From Lepidodermella squamata (Eukaryota > Animalia > Gastrotricha), in NCBI GenBank assembly GCA_047495785.1, contig JBLDXI010000003.1, positions 2,418,001 to 2,482,000 on the forward strand: 64,000 bases of DNA. The letters run 5' to 3'. Shown here one piece after another: positions 23,195 through 36,347 of the stretch. Every line of letters begins with the position of its first letter. The stretch's first letter is position 1. Below the pieces are notes generated by a model. The model was not told where the DNA came from, searched no databases, and saw nothing but the letters and a program-made list of their open reading frames with translations. The position numbers and the translations under genes are program-made.

Positions 23195-26100
23195 CTAAGT
23201 TTTCCGACTTTTTGAAAGCGCATTTTTGTGAAGTTGAATCATGCCAGCATCTTTGGTTTCGACGGCTAGGTCATACGGCGTCTTTCCATTCTTATTTTTC
23301 GACTCAATATAGGACGATTTCTCCAACAAAAAATGCACAATTTCAAACCGTAGCAGCCTCGTCGCAACATGGAGAGGCGTATCGTCGTCGAAATTCGACG
23401 CCGTAAAATCGAAATCAATATCGACCAGCCATTTAAGGAATTCCAAATCATTGCACTCAACAGCATTGGTCGCAACATCGGCTCCTATTTGGTCTTCAGG
23501 ATGAACATTTTCGAGTGTCAGCAGCCGTTTCACAGCCTCTGAATTTCGTGTAAAAACAGCCGAGCGTAACGGATAAGTATAAACCCCACTCCTTTCACCC
23601 GCCAATTCAGGCGCTAGCTCAAGCACGTGATCCAACACGTCGATTTTCGTGTTTTTCGATATAAAATGTAATATTGAGAAGCCATTGTTCAACGGCTTTT
23701 TCACATCGGCGCCCTTTGATATTAAAAATTTCAAACTCGTCAAATTTCCGCAATCGATACAAGTCGCTAGAGGCGTTTCTTCATCTTCGCAAATTTCCAA
23801 ATCAGCACCAGGTAAATTCCAAATAAATTCAAGAAAATCAACATTCGAACTCCGGACTGACATATGAAAAATAGAAAAACAATCGGAATCGGTAACGTTT
23901 TGGAGTTCAGGCGCGATTTCTATTAAGTATTTCACAACTTCAAGGCGACCCTCAGTAACAGCCCAATGAAGGGCGTTAGCACTGCTATATGTGCATTTCT
24001 GCCCTCGTTGCGATGAAACTTTCGGGTCGACATCGAGTTCTTCGACTAGATAACGAACTAGCTCAACATTCCCGCTGATAGCCGCCTTAATCAGAGGTGT
24101 TCGATTGTGGTCACTCGGGTCTGGTCTTGAAGCCATAGTGATCAGCGACTCTTTCGACAAATTATCACGGCAGGCCATTGATTTGATGGAATCAATATCG
24201 CCTCCAGATAGAAATCCATAGAATTTCGTTAATTCGGTTGGATAGATTTTCTGTGAAAATATGTTTTAAATTTTCAGGGAATTATTTTCAAAATAAATTA
24301 CATTTTTCTTCTTTATTGGGCAAGCTTCGAGTTGAACAGCAGCTTCCAAATTGGCGATTGCTTTCTCGACTACATCTTGATCGGTTTTCACACGCCGCAG
24401 CTCCTCATTGTAAGCAAGATTACATCCCTCAAGACCTTGAAACTAAAGAGAGAAAATTGGATATTACATTGAAATGAAAGAATAATGGCGCTAACAATTG
24501 CAAAATTCATATCTATGAGGTAAAATTAATTAATTACTGCAGTGGCTGAGCCACAGCCACAATCGGAGGTGTGAAAAATGTGTGACATTTGTTGGGCTAT
24601 TTGTTTCACTGCAAAGACAACATTCACCGCAGTTATTATCAATCGCCTATCGTCCAAAGGAGTAATACGGCCTCGATAAAGCCGATTTGTGAATGTAAGG
24701 AAATATAGGTTGAAATATCTGTTATTTTTGATTGTAACATTTTTACAGCTTTATGCGCATGTTGATCGCCCTGATGTTCGCGACGGAAAGTAACTAGGAA
24801 GGCATTGGCCGCTATCACCAGCTATCAGCGCCAGCGGACCAGGCTCCAGCCATCTATGTTCATATTGATAGTTGCCTGAATGCTGAATGTTTGCTATCCA
24901 TGACACTTAGATATTGATGATTTTTGATAATTGTGATATTTAGGAGGTACAGGACTTGTCCTATACCTCTGTCCTGAATTTATATTTTTATTGTAAAGCT
25001 GCCCTCTCTTGGGTGATACATCTTGTAAAATAAAGCCGAGTAGTTCTTTGCTTTTGATTTACTGTAAACCATCTGTGGTCTCTGGCAAATAAAGGTAAAT
25101 GGGGTTCTGACAGTTATCAATGGGGTATTGTGTCGGTATTGGCTATTTGACGCAAGTTTCATCTTGGATGTACAATTTTACGTAGATAATGCTAGAAAGT
25201 TATCATGGTTCGTTATTGTTTCTTGAAAGGGTTAGCTCTGATGTCGAATACCGGAAAAGTGGGTTATCTATTTTCGATGGTTTATTTGGAGATAATACTG
25301 CGATGTTGATCCATAAAAATGCGAAATGACAAAGAGTGAAGAATAGAAAAGTTGTGCAACAAGTTCACAGTATAACGTCAACGTCAAATAAGGTTATATA
25401 ATTTGGTTTGGTGAGCCATATTCAAAGCCACCTAGCTATTTGCAAAGTTCAATTTGATTTTGTCACTATTGTCACTGTTAAACTTCATTATTTGCATTTA
25501 ATAATTTGCTAATTTGCCTTGTTACTTACTATGAAACGCGCCGCTGATGACACCGAGAATGTTGAAGAGACGGGAAAGCAGAGCCGCATGTCATGCACCC
25601 CTGGCTTTCGTTTGCAGGGTATGAAGCGCTGATGTGATTCCTCTTTTTATTATATTGATTATGAGCAGATTCGCCGCCCGCAGCTGTAGGTGGCACGTTT
25701 GTCTTGGATGACTCAGACGACGAAGCCTCTGGTCCAGTGCTCTTTCTCCAAGATTTGACGAAAGATCGCCAGCAGGCTTCCTTGGGGTCCTTTGCCCACT
25801 TTCGATGTCTGATCTTGCCTTTGCTTTCTCCTCTCTATACCCTTCTTCTCCCTCCCATTCTCCCTCGCTGTGTTTACGTGTCTGTCTGCCTTCGATAAAT
25901 CATCCTTCACCCCGCCCACTTGTGTCCACAGCGCACTGCCGCCGGCAAGCGCATGTAATCTTGCGACCCCGCGTCGTTGATATTTTCAATTATTTCGTCT
26001 GCCCTGTTTATATGATGTCAACGAACAATAAATATTTGAATTTAGATTCGTCGATGGTATTGGATGGGAGAGTCCTGCTACGAATTTTGAGCGTCACCGA

Positions 26101-29100
26101 AGTCATGTAATTTCTCATTAGCATTAAAATGACATGTTTATTGTTTGTATTTAGTACTGTCAAAGACTTTCAATTTTCCAACGCTATGGTGTTCGACGGC
26201 CACAGCGTTAATAATTCCGCTAAGAGCCGAAAGACGAAGGAAGACGAGAATGGCAACAAGGCAAGCAAGCTGCCGCGTAAAGACGCGGGGACGCCGGTTG
26301 ATTTCTTTGAGGTAGCTGCTTTAGTAATCAAGTTTTGACCTCATTATAATACCCAACTGTTTGGATTTTCAGGCGAATGGAACGACTTACGATATACGAA
26401 CACTAAACGGCTTCTACTTGAAACTCGATCCGGTAAAGCTGCCTTTGACGTTGGCGTCATCGACTCGGAGGTTGTTTACGACACCGAAAGCCTCGTTGAA
26501 GTTATTGTAAATATGGAGCAGGTGTCCACTCAATCTCAAATCTCTGCAGCTACGCCAGGTCGTTGATGGGGGAAGCCTTCGAAAAAATGTTTAATTGCCT
26601 GAAGGCCGATAAACTAATAAAATCCAAGGAAGACTTTTATAAATACATTCATCAACGTTTCACATTCAAAAAAGTAAGTCCGAAATAAAATGACTACTTT
26701 TCGAGCGTAGGTAGTACTTAGGACCTCAAAGATATGTAATATATCGAGCCAATACCGACTTTGCCAATCGTCTTCACGTTCTCGTTAAACCTGTCGCCCA
26801 TTGCCATGAGACCGGTCATATTTTCAAAGTTTCACGCGGCGTTGTAGCCGACAAAATTCGTGCAGTTACGGCATTTCTACTCAGCTACGTCTTTGCTACG
26901 TCTACATCGAGCTGGACTTTGCTGAGGCAGAGATTGAGCTGGCCAAAATAGCTAATTATTCAGACCTCTTTGATGAGCTACAATACGAGTTGGAGGGCTT
27001 GGGATCTTCGACAATGGGCAACCCAGATGAAGAATCTACTTGAACTGAATTTGTCTTTCTCGCAGGCAGCCACCTATCTGATTTCAAACTAATCAAATCG
27101 CTTCGAATTTTCTAGTGGAACCGACCTGGAGTCCTCCGGAAATGACCACATCTCATGTTTTACTGGAAAAATTCTAAAAATTCTACCGCTTTGCGCTTGA
27201 TTCTGGGTCTACTCGCGAGCAGTATCATGTCGCTGCCAGTGACAACCCGACTGCTCACCGCGCTTTGCTCACCCTACGCGCCGCAGCCGCGGGTGATGAA
27301 AACATGACACAGCTCCTAGATGCTATCGAAGAGCCTCTAGTTTTATCTACGACTAAAACTGTTCAGAAATCGATAACTGATTACTTCACTGTGACTGAGT
27401 AATTTCAAAATCAACCAAATTTCATTAATATGATGAGAATGAGAATGGCGATGTTTTTGAAGAAAAAAATGGGCTTTTAGGCACCCCTGGGTTTTTTATT
27501 ATTGAACTATCGCTATAGTGAACAATCGTCACAGTGAACGAATTTGATGGCACGGAGAGCGTTCACTATAACGTTCTTCTACTGTATCTTATTACTATTC
27601 TCGAAGTTATTTAAATTTTTCTAACAATTTACTGGCCATGGGATGTGACTTCGCTCTCATTTTAGAGTTCTGAACTCTTTTTAGCGTATTTTCTTTGCTT
27701 GCTTTACTTATAATACAGTATTCAATACAACACGAGTTGGCCTTGTAGCTAAAAAGAGCTAAACCCTAATTTTTAATTATGCCTTCGAGGACAGCAGTGC
27801 CGATTTTATAAGGAAAAAATTTCACTTGCCTTCCTGTCCATTTCGATTACTTTGTCGTAAATACCGACCAAGCCGGAAAAATTGATGAAAAATGGCGAGG
27901 ACCGCTTGATTTTATCGAGAGAATGGAGGAATCGATCAAATTCTACGCTCGCAATCAACGCATGATCGCTTCGAATCGATTCTTCATTTGTCGTCTTCTG
28001 AGTTTCGAAATGTAACCGGCAGCTATGCAAAAGCCGCTCTCTCGTTTTCGCCAACGTTTCGTTCACCCGCTTCGTGATTTCATCGAAGGTTGAATTTATG
28101 CCATCCTCCATCGATTTCATATCGGTATCTGATTTCGCCTGTGATTCCGAAACCAATTGATCGACATTTTTCTCTCTGATTTGAGCTTGACGGTCGCGAA
28201 ACTACGAATTTTTCCGGATTTATTTTCATTTTTTCAAAAAAATAGAAAAATCCTACGTTAGCAGAAATGAAGGCCGAATTGAGTCGAAGTAATTCAGTAT
28301 GAGCCGGTAGACAAGCCTGGCAAAACTTCTGTCCACAATGAGAGCAGAATTGAGCAGAATCGGTGAACAGCGTCTCGTGAGGGCATTTGAAGCCGAATGA
28401 AGCGACGGCTGGCTCGTGTTTTTTCTTACTTAAAATGTCTTCAGAAAACCGATTGGCGACATAGTTCACCTTGAAATCTAATAAAAAAAAAGAGAAAAAA
28501 ACTCTTTGAAAAACCAGTTGCAACACGCCTTAATAAAGGCCCTCAATTTTGACTAGATTCTACTGAAAAAATGCGAAGAAAAAAAACTCGTCTCTCCCAT
28601 TGTTCTTGGCTTTCTAAGTCACTATGGTGTCCGCTGTTTCGATATCGAAAATTGCCTTATAGCTTTCAAACACGTCGTCGGATCTCATATCGGTTCCAAC
28701 ATGGAAATTGCTCAAATTCCTCCCGCAATTTTCATATCAAGTTCGAGAGCCATGCAGCCACAGCTTCAGTGGAATTATAAAAAATCTCATAAATCCGGAT
28801 CGAATTGCAAATTATTTTCCCACAAGAAAACTCGCTATTTGCGATTATTTAGTTCTCACTAAAATCTTGTTTCGACTCAAACAACAAGCCTATTTCTTGA
28901 CTAGAAACGCCTCGTGCCAAAAATTCATAACGAAAATCGCCTTGGCCTGGTCTTATGAGACTCGGTTTGAATGTAAACCGATCAGTATTTTTCATGAACT
29001 CTAATCATTCTTTAAGCTCAAATAACTAAATATGTTAAAATTTACCTTTCAGACGAGATTTGCTGAGTGGACTGATTGATCGGCATTCAGGGCAAATGAC

Positions 29101-29364
29101 TTCGTAAGCCGAAGAAATCGAATCAGCGCAAGATCGGCAAAACGTATGGCCGCACTTCGGTAAAATAACTGGATCTTTGAATGGCTCCAAGCAAACAGGA
29201 CATGTCACAGACTATAGAATAAAAAGCGTGTATTAGTTTCGAAAAATTAGGGTTTTTTTATAACATACGGCGAAAATTGAACCGCCGACAGGGACCGATT
29301 TACCAAGGCAGCTTTTCTTCAGATCGATCTCACCGGGGTCATGCTGATCAGCCGTTCTTTTCAT
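23195..29364 (-). CDS. TRIM-ankyrin gene A4 (multi-exon, ~3.3-kb expanded intron)
   Basis: ATG 29364 (MKRTADQHD); RING ~29046-29212 (CPVCLEPF..CGHTFCRSC..CPEC); B-box ~28257-28478; CC ~27830-28200; linker ~24302-24440; ankyrin exon 23195-~24250. Confidence 0.8.
25531..27402 (+). pseudogene. Spliced gene or remnant of unknown function nested antisense in the A4 intron, ending in a PIP-box-like motif
   Basis: ATG 25531 (MKRAADDTENVEETGKQSR), several GT-AG-bounded exon-like blocks, terminal QKSITDYFTVTE* (TAA 27400-27402); frame appears disrupted; probably part of an inserted element. Confidence 0.45.
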
Positions 29365-29893
29365 GGAATAAATTAAAAGGAAATTCTAGAACAAAATATG
29401 ACATTTGTCGAGCATTGAAAAATCGCGGCGGAATTTGTCTGCTCTTACGTAATTTTCATCTATTACGTCACAGCGGCGAGATAATGTACTGTCAACACGT
29501 TTCCAGGATTACAATTTTCCACTCAATTTTTTAAGCGAGGACGCAGTGGAATTTTTTATCCGATTTGTAAATCCGAAATATCCAGGGGTCTTAGTTTTAC
29601 TAAAAATATTATGAACTTTTTTTAATTTTGATGAAAAAATCGAGAATGGCCAAACTCGGCATAATAGCAAAATTTCTCAAGGAGATACACTATCTCGCCG
29701 ATGGAATAGATGTTACAAAAATATGTTCAAAGGGCACAGTCGGTATTTGTATTCAAAATTCGCAAATTTCAACGACCAATTTTATGCATAAATTCAAAGG
29801 TTCGAAAAATCATTACATTCTGAAATATAAATTCCACTTAGTTTAGGTTTAGGGTTAGGTAGAAATATCATTGGCAAGAATTAGCCGTTTGCA

Positions 29894-32705
29894 TCAGGAA
29901 TTTTTAGCAGTTTCAAGCATCGATCGTAAGGACGAGTCAGCCTCAGCGTCTTTGAACAACAGATTCATTAAATGGTTTTTAGCAGCGAGTCCGCGTGGAG
30001 TCTTTCGGCGATCATTTTCCGTGTCAACCGAAGCATTAATTCCAAGCAAATACCTCACAACGTCATAATTACCCTCCTTAACAGCAAGATGCAAGGGCGT
30101 ATTGCCGTCTGAATCAACCAAGTTAAGATCGGCGCCCGCGTCGACTAACATCTTCAGCAAATTTAAATCGCTATTGAACGCAGCAATAGCCGCAAAAGTG
30201 CGATTTTTCTCGCCTCCAAACCCATTAACATCACAAAGCGGAATCAGTCGACGGCAAATTTCATCAGTACCAAAACTTTGCACTATGTCGAAAAGGGGCA
30301 ACTCATCTTCAGCGTCCGTTTTAGAGGCCAGCTCGGGCATTAATGACAAAATTCGGTCCAATACAACAAGATTCGTCTGGCAATCACAGAACTGTAAAAT
30401 GTTGAGAGAATCGGCTGGATCTATTCCGATATTAAAGCCTTTAGACAGCAGGAATTCTAAAACAGAAAGGTCTCCACGATGACAGATAGCGGCGAAAATT
30501 TTGTCCCGGCTGAAGCCAATTTTTCGAAAATCAGCACCCAAAATATCCCACGTAAATTCCATCGCATCTCGGCAACGGCTTTCCAGGGCCCATCGGAATA
30601 CTGAGGAACCATTCCAGTCCTTCGAGTGCAGGAATTCTGGGTCTGCTTCGAGCAAATATTTCATGGCCTCCACTTTTCCAGCTCTTGCCGCCCAATGAAA
30701 CGCATTTCCGCCGTGCCACTTGTTGAGTTTATCAATTTTGATGTCTAAATACCGAATTAAATCCACTTTCCCACTTGTTGCTGCCTTGATCAACGGCGTT
30801 CTCTGTTCATCCGCCGGATCGGGACGGGAACTCATCAGCATCATGCACTCACGAGGTATATTGTCTTGCGAGCTCAGCTTTTTTATAGATTCAAGGTCGC
30901 CATCACTCAAAGCCTTGTAGAATTTCGTAAACGCCATCGGTTGCAATTTCTTCAAATAGCGCAAAATATTAATAGGCAAAATTGGAATAAAACAGTCAAC
31001 TTTTGCGGCGAAAATTGGGGATGTGTTGAATCTAACAGCGAGGTGCAAATTGAGAATAGCTTCTTTGACCACATTTATATCCACGTTGATTGAAATGTCC
31101 TCGTCGAAAAATACCGAGCGTTCGCCCTTGAAGCATTGCAACTAGTGAGGAATGCATAATTTTTAAAATAAGAACTTAACGTAATAAATAATACTAACTA
31201 TATTTGAGAGATATTTGACCAATAAATTTGGGATAATATGAATATTTAAAAAATTTGAAATTTGAAGATTTTTTTATTTAAAAAATCTATGCAATCAATG
31301 GTTAAAAAAATTCTGATATTTTAGAACATTTCTTACCTTCTCATTTTACTCCCTTTTTCCTACGCTCAAAAAGTAAAGTAAAATTTACATTTTTTGAAGT
31401 CGATGAGAGGAATTTCGCAGAAAAATTTCAAAACTTTCGGCATAACTACGCTGTTGTCTCTGCATATACTTGAATAAACGCCAAGGCTTTTTGGTGTCAC
31501 TGAAGAATTTCTCTCACTTTAAGAAAGAAGTGAGAATCATAAGGCCGCCTAATTTTAGCTTGCCAACATGACCCCTTCGCTCAAATTCACCTCAGGTATG
31601 AAATTCATAATAGAAAATAATTAGAGCAGTCAAGGTGATTCAAGCTGGACTCCATTTTCCATGAAGGCGACTTTTGCTTAGATAACTTCACTAACCTGTT
31701 TGTCAACTTCCAAAGCGTCGTTATGAGTTCTGAGAACGCCGCCGAAGTCGAGGAAAAAAGACGAGGATTTTCTCAGTGTATTTACACAACCCATTGTGTG
31801 GTCAAAAGACGGGCTAGATATTGCTTCAAGGTATTTCGGAATCGAATCGCTAACAGCCAATTTACGGACCTCAAATTTTGCGCGGCAACGATTGATCAGC
31901 TCAACTTTACGCTGCTGCAGCTCAGCTTTGACCTTTTCAAGCGTTTCCTCGATCGCTTCGTCAATTTTTTTCTCCGCTGCTTCGCAATCCGATTCAATTA
32001 GCCCAATCCAATGTTTTACGTATTCATCAGCGTTTTTCTTCAAAACTTTTGCCTTCCGTTCTTCAAACTAAAAAAATTAAGATTTTGCGAGTCGCAGTTG
32101 GGAAAATTCAAAATTTCACTTCAGATGCAATAAAAATCGCCTCCAGCCGCAGAAATTCAGCATGAGCAGGTAGGCAGACTTCGCAGAACGTTTGATTGCA
32201 ATGAGAACATTTCGTCGGCGAGTTGGTGAAAATGTCGCCATGAGGACATGTGTGACCGAGAGAGGCCTTTTCCGAAACACTTAGTTTATCGTTGAAGCTG
32301 TCTGAAGCGCGAATTGCCACAAAATTCTTTGCAAGCCCTATGACAGCTCAATATTTCATCGAGATTCCAAATTGCCCTTCTTTAAATTATACCCTTGACG
32401 CCTTTGGGGCCTAGTGGATTAGTTGTGCCACACTCCGGGCACACTATTTTCAAGTTATGTTCAACTTCTTCAACGCACTCCAGGCAAAAGGTATGGCCGC
32501 ATTTAGGCAAAATTACTGGCTCTTCGAAAACTTCATTGCAAACCAGACAAACAACGTTCTGAGAGTGAAAAGATAGTCAAAATAAAAAATTCAATAAAAT
32601 CTAACGAACAGAGAGAATGGAGCCATCAGCAGAAACCGGCTGACCAAGGCAACTCTTCCGTAACTTCGAACTTCCATAGCCGGCGGGGGAGTCCCTCCGC
32701 TTCAT
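29894..32705 (-). CDS. TRIM-ankyrin gene A5 (multi-exon)
   Basis: ATG 32705 (MKRRDSP); RING ~32393-32558 (CLVC..CGHTFCLEC..CPEC); B-box ~32120-32338; CC ~31696-32068; linker ~31000-31142; ankyrin exon 29894-~30950. Confidence 0.85.
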
Positions 32706-33486
32706 TTCAAAATTCTTCACAAATATTCCACCTATACAAATATAAATTCAAAATTGCTCATTTGATCAATCATGTGAAAATTCCGTTAAAGTGTTTTGGG
32801 ATCCATCAGCCATAGGACACGGGGTGTTCCCGGTTCCGGTGCGTTCGCCATGGAAACTTAGATAAAAGCGAAGTAAATTTATCTACGAAGAAATTATTTA
32901 TAATTGCTAATATTGTTGAAAATTCGAGATCACCGACTTTTGACTCCCAAATGGGACCCATTCATGCAAACAGCCATTTTCGTGGCCAAAATTGAGAACG
33001 CCAATAGCCCTTTTCAAATACCTCTGAACGTCTCGAACTACTGATAGGATAGCACTTTCCTGATTTTTAGTGGAACCAAAGTTTGGAATTTTTAAAGGGC
33101 CCATGAAACAAAGAAAAGAAAGAACTTTTCGAAGCTTTCAACGATGTCATGATTGATCGACATATTTTTAAATGAATGATCTTCGAATTCAGGCTAAAAT
33201 TCTATATATAAGACGCATTCTTCACAGTAGAATTTATTGCCTTAATTTTGTGGAAATATTCGAAAAGGAACCTTTGGCTTATCTAAATTTAGGTTCAGCA
33301 AAATGCAGATTTGGTTTCGCTAAAAGATATTATGTTTCGTATTGATTTAGGTAAGATTTTCTCGGTTATGGAAATTGAAACGATCAAAAAATCCAAAAAC
33401 TTCGCAATCATTTTTAGTGAAAAATATTCGACAATTGACGACCTTGCACAACCTGTTAATACATCATCATAAAGCCAGGTTCTCAA

Positions 33487-36119
33487 TTATTGGTCGATTT
33501 TTCCTTTTTTTCTAGCTTCTTCCAGTGCCGATTTCACCTCCCAGTCATCGCTCGCTTCCACTTCCAAAAGAGCCATCAGAACACTCTTAGAAAATAGCAG
33601 GGCCCTTACGGTTTTACTTCGCGACTCCCAAGATGCCCTACTCTGGAGCAAAAATCTCACTACTTGAAAATTATCTGCCTTAACAGCAAGATGCAGCGGT
33701 GTATAGCCGCGTAAATCAGCCAAGGTAAGATCAGCCCCCGATTCAACCAACAACTTCAATAGGTCCAAATAGCCATTTGAAGCAGCAATTGCAGCCGCTG
33801 TGCGACCGTCATCTCTCGAAGCATTGATATTACAGAAAGGAAGCAATCGACGGCAATGTTCCAAAGTTCCGGGCGTCAACTCAATTAGAGGCAACTCATG
33901 AATAGCCAACTCAGGCGCTAATGCCAAAATTCGATTCAAAACCTGCAGATTCGTATTTTCATTGACGAATCGTAAAATATTGACATCATCGTCAGCCAGG
34001 CGAACATCCAAGCCCTTTAGCAGCAAAAATTCGAAAACAGCCGGGTTTGCATGCTGGCAAATGCTAGATAACAGTTCAGACCGGTCGAGGCCAATATTAC
34101 GAAAATCAGCCCCAAATTTATTCCACATGAATTCAACCGCTTCACAGCAGCCACTCTCTAACGCCCATTGAAACACCGAATTTTCAAGGCGATCTTTCGA
34201 ATACAACAATTCTGGCTCGGTTTCGAGCAAATATTTCATAACTTCGACCTTGCCTGATTTAGCCGCCCAATGCAAGACATTTCCGCCATTGAGCGACCAG
34301 CAGTCGAACGTATTCAAGTCAGCTTCGAATTTTTCGTGTAAATAGCGAACTAATTCGGCATTTCCACTTATCGCCGCCTTGTTCAGCGGAGTGCGCGCTT
34401 TATCAGTCAGATCAGGCCGAGAGGCCAGCATCGATAAACAATCTTCATTGGAGCTAAGATTTTTCACCGCTTCAAGATCGCCATCACTCAAGGATTTATA
34501 GAATGTTGTCACAGCCTTTGGTACAATTTCCTGAAATATTCAAATCGGAATAGGTAATTAAAAAAGCAGAGGAAATTTACTCACTGGGAATAAGGATTCA
34601 TTCAAGGCAACAGAAAGATGCAAATTAGCGAGAGATGCTTTGACCAGTTCAGCACGAATCGTTACATCAACATCATCGTCGTAAAATGCTGCCCGCTCGG
34701 ATTCGAAACCTTGTAACTATTTGAAAATAAATTTTTTAATTTAATAAATTTGACATGGGAATTAATGAGTAAGAAAAAGACTCTTGGAAAATATCCTCAG
34801 AAATAATTTTCCCAGGTCAAAACAGCCATATAAAAATTTCTGAAAAATCGGCAAAATTAAAAATATTAAAAAAAAATAAAAAGGCTACAATCGCTAAAAT
34901 CTAATGGCCCAATCGAGTCAGTATATATTTAAATATTCGAAATTAGACCTGATCAACAAGCGAATACCTTTTTATCGAGATCGAAGACGCTTTCATAAGT
35001 TTTCAGAACACTTTTGAAGTTGATAAAAAACGAGGAGGATTTTTGCAAGATGTCAACCGATGCCAGGACTGTATCGAAAGACGAATTCGTCAAATCGTCA
35101 TAACATTCAGGAATCGAGTGAATAACAGCCAATTTTCGGACTTCGAACTTCGAACGGCATCGCGTTATGAGGTCTTGTTTGCGCTGCAGCAGTTCTGCCT
35201 TCACTTTCTCGAGAGTTTCATCAATCGCTTCCCCGATTTTCTGTTCCGCCGCTTTGCAATCTGCGCCGATCGTGTCAGCCCACTGCTTGATATATTCATC
35301 GGCACTTTGCCTTATAGCTTCTGATTTGCGCTCTTTAAACTGCAATTATTTCAGTTTCGAAATGGTTAACAAAATTTAAAAATTATGCTCACATTAGCTG
35401 CGATGAATATTGCCTCAAGTCGCAACATTTCCGTGTGAGCAGGCAAACAGGCTTTGCAGAACTCGAGGTCACAGTGAGAGCATTTTTTCATCGAATCTGT
35501 GAAAATTTCGCCGTGGGGACACGATTGACCCAACGTAGCTTTTTCCAGATAACGCTTGTTGGCTTGAAGATATTCCGATGAGCGGATGGCCACGAAATTT
35601 TTCGGCAGCCCTAAAAAGAAAAATAGAATTTAATCCAATTTTATAGTGTCTTTTCGCGGAAAAAATTGAGAAATTAAGGATGCGCCAGCATTTTCAATTT
35701 TCAAGAAAATGCGGAATTTCACTGAAAATATCATAAATCCTAATCTTTCAAAATATAAATTCACTGTCAAAATGTTCATTCAGTTATGAAAATTTTAATT
35801 AGATATTACCTTTAATGCCTTTTGAACCAAGAGAATTGGTCGTTCGGCACTCTGGGCACACAATTCTCTGATCCGTCGCAACCGCTTTCGCGCATTTCTT
35901 GCAAAAAGTATGACCACACTTTGGCAAAATCACAGGATTATCGAACACATTCATGCAGACCGAACACTCAACGTTCTGGAAAAGTTGAGGAATAATTTTT
36001 TCAAATGGAAAATTCAAACTCACAGAAATGATTGAGCCATTCACCGAGATTCGCTGTCCTAGGTTGTTTTTCCTCAGCTTTAAATTCTCATCGCCGACAC
36101 GATTATTTGTTCGCTTCAT
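33487..36119 (-). CDS. TRIM-ankyrin gene A6 (multi-exon)
   Basis: ATG 36119 (MKRTNNR); RING ~35810-35976; B-box ~35392-35610; CC ~34968-35339; linker ~34583-34717; ankyrin exon 33487-~34530; closest to A5. Confidence 0.87.
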
Positions 36120-36347
36120 TACCAAATTTCTCAAAAAAATAACCAATCTAGTACAATAGATTTTCTTCAAAAATTAATTTTAATTGATGGATGGATGGTA
36201 AAAGCTCCAACGAAAGTCGCTAACAAAATTATTTACATAGTAAGCCTACAAATCATCTCCAACAATGAAAAAAGGGGAAATGTTACCATTTCCTTAGTTA
36301 GTTATAAATTTCAAGTTTTCCTTGAGCAAATGGTTGACAACACATGT

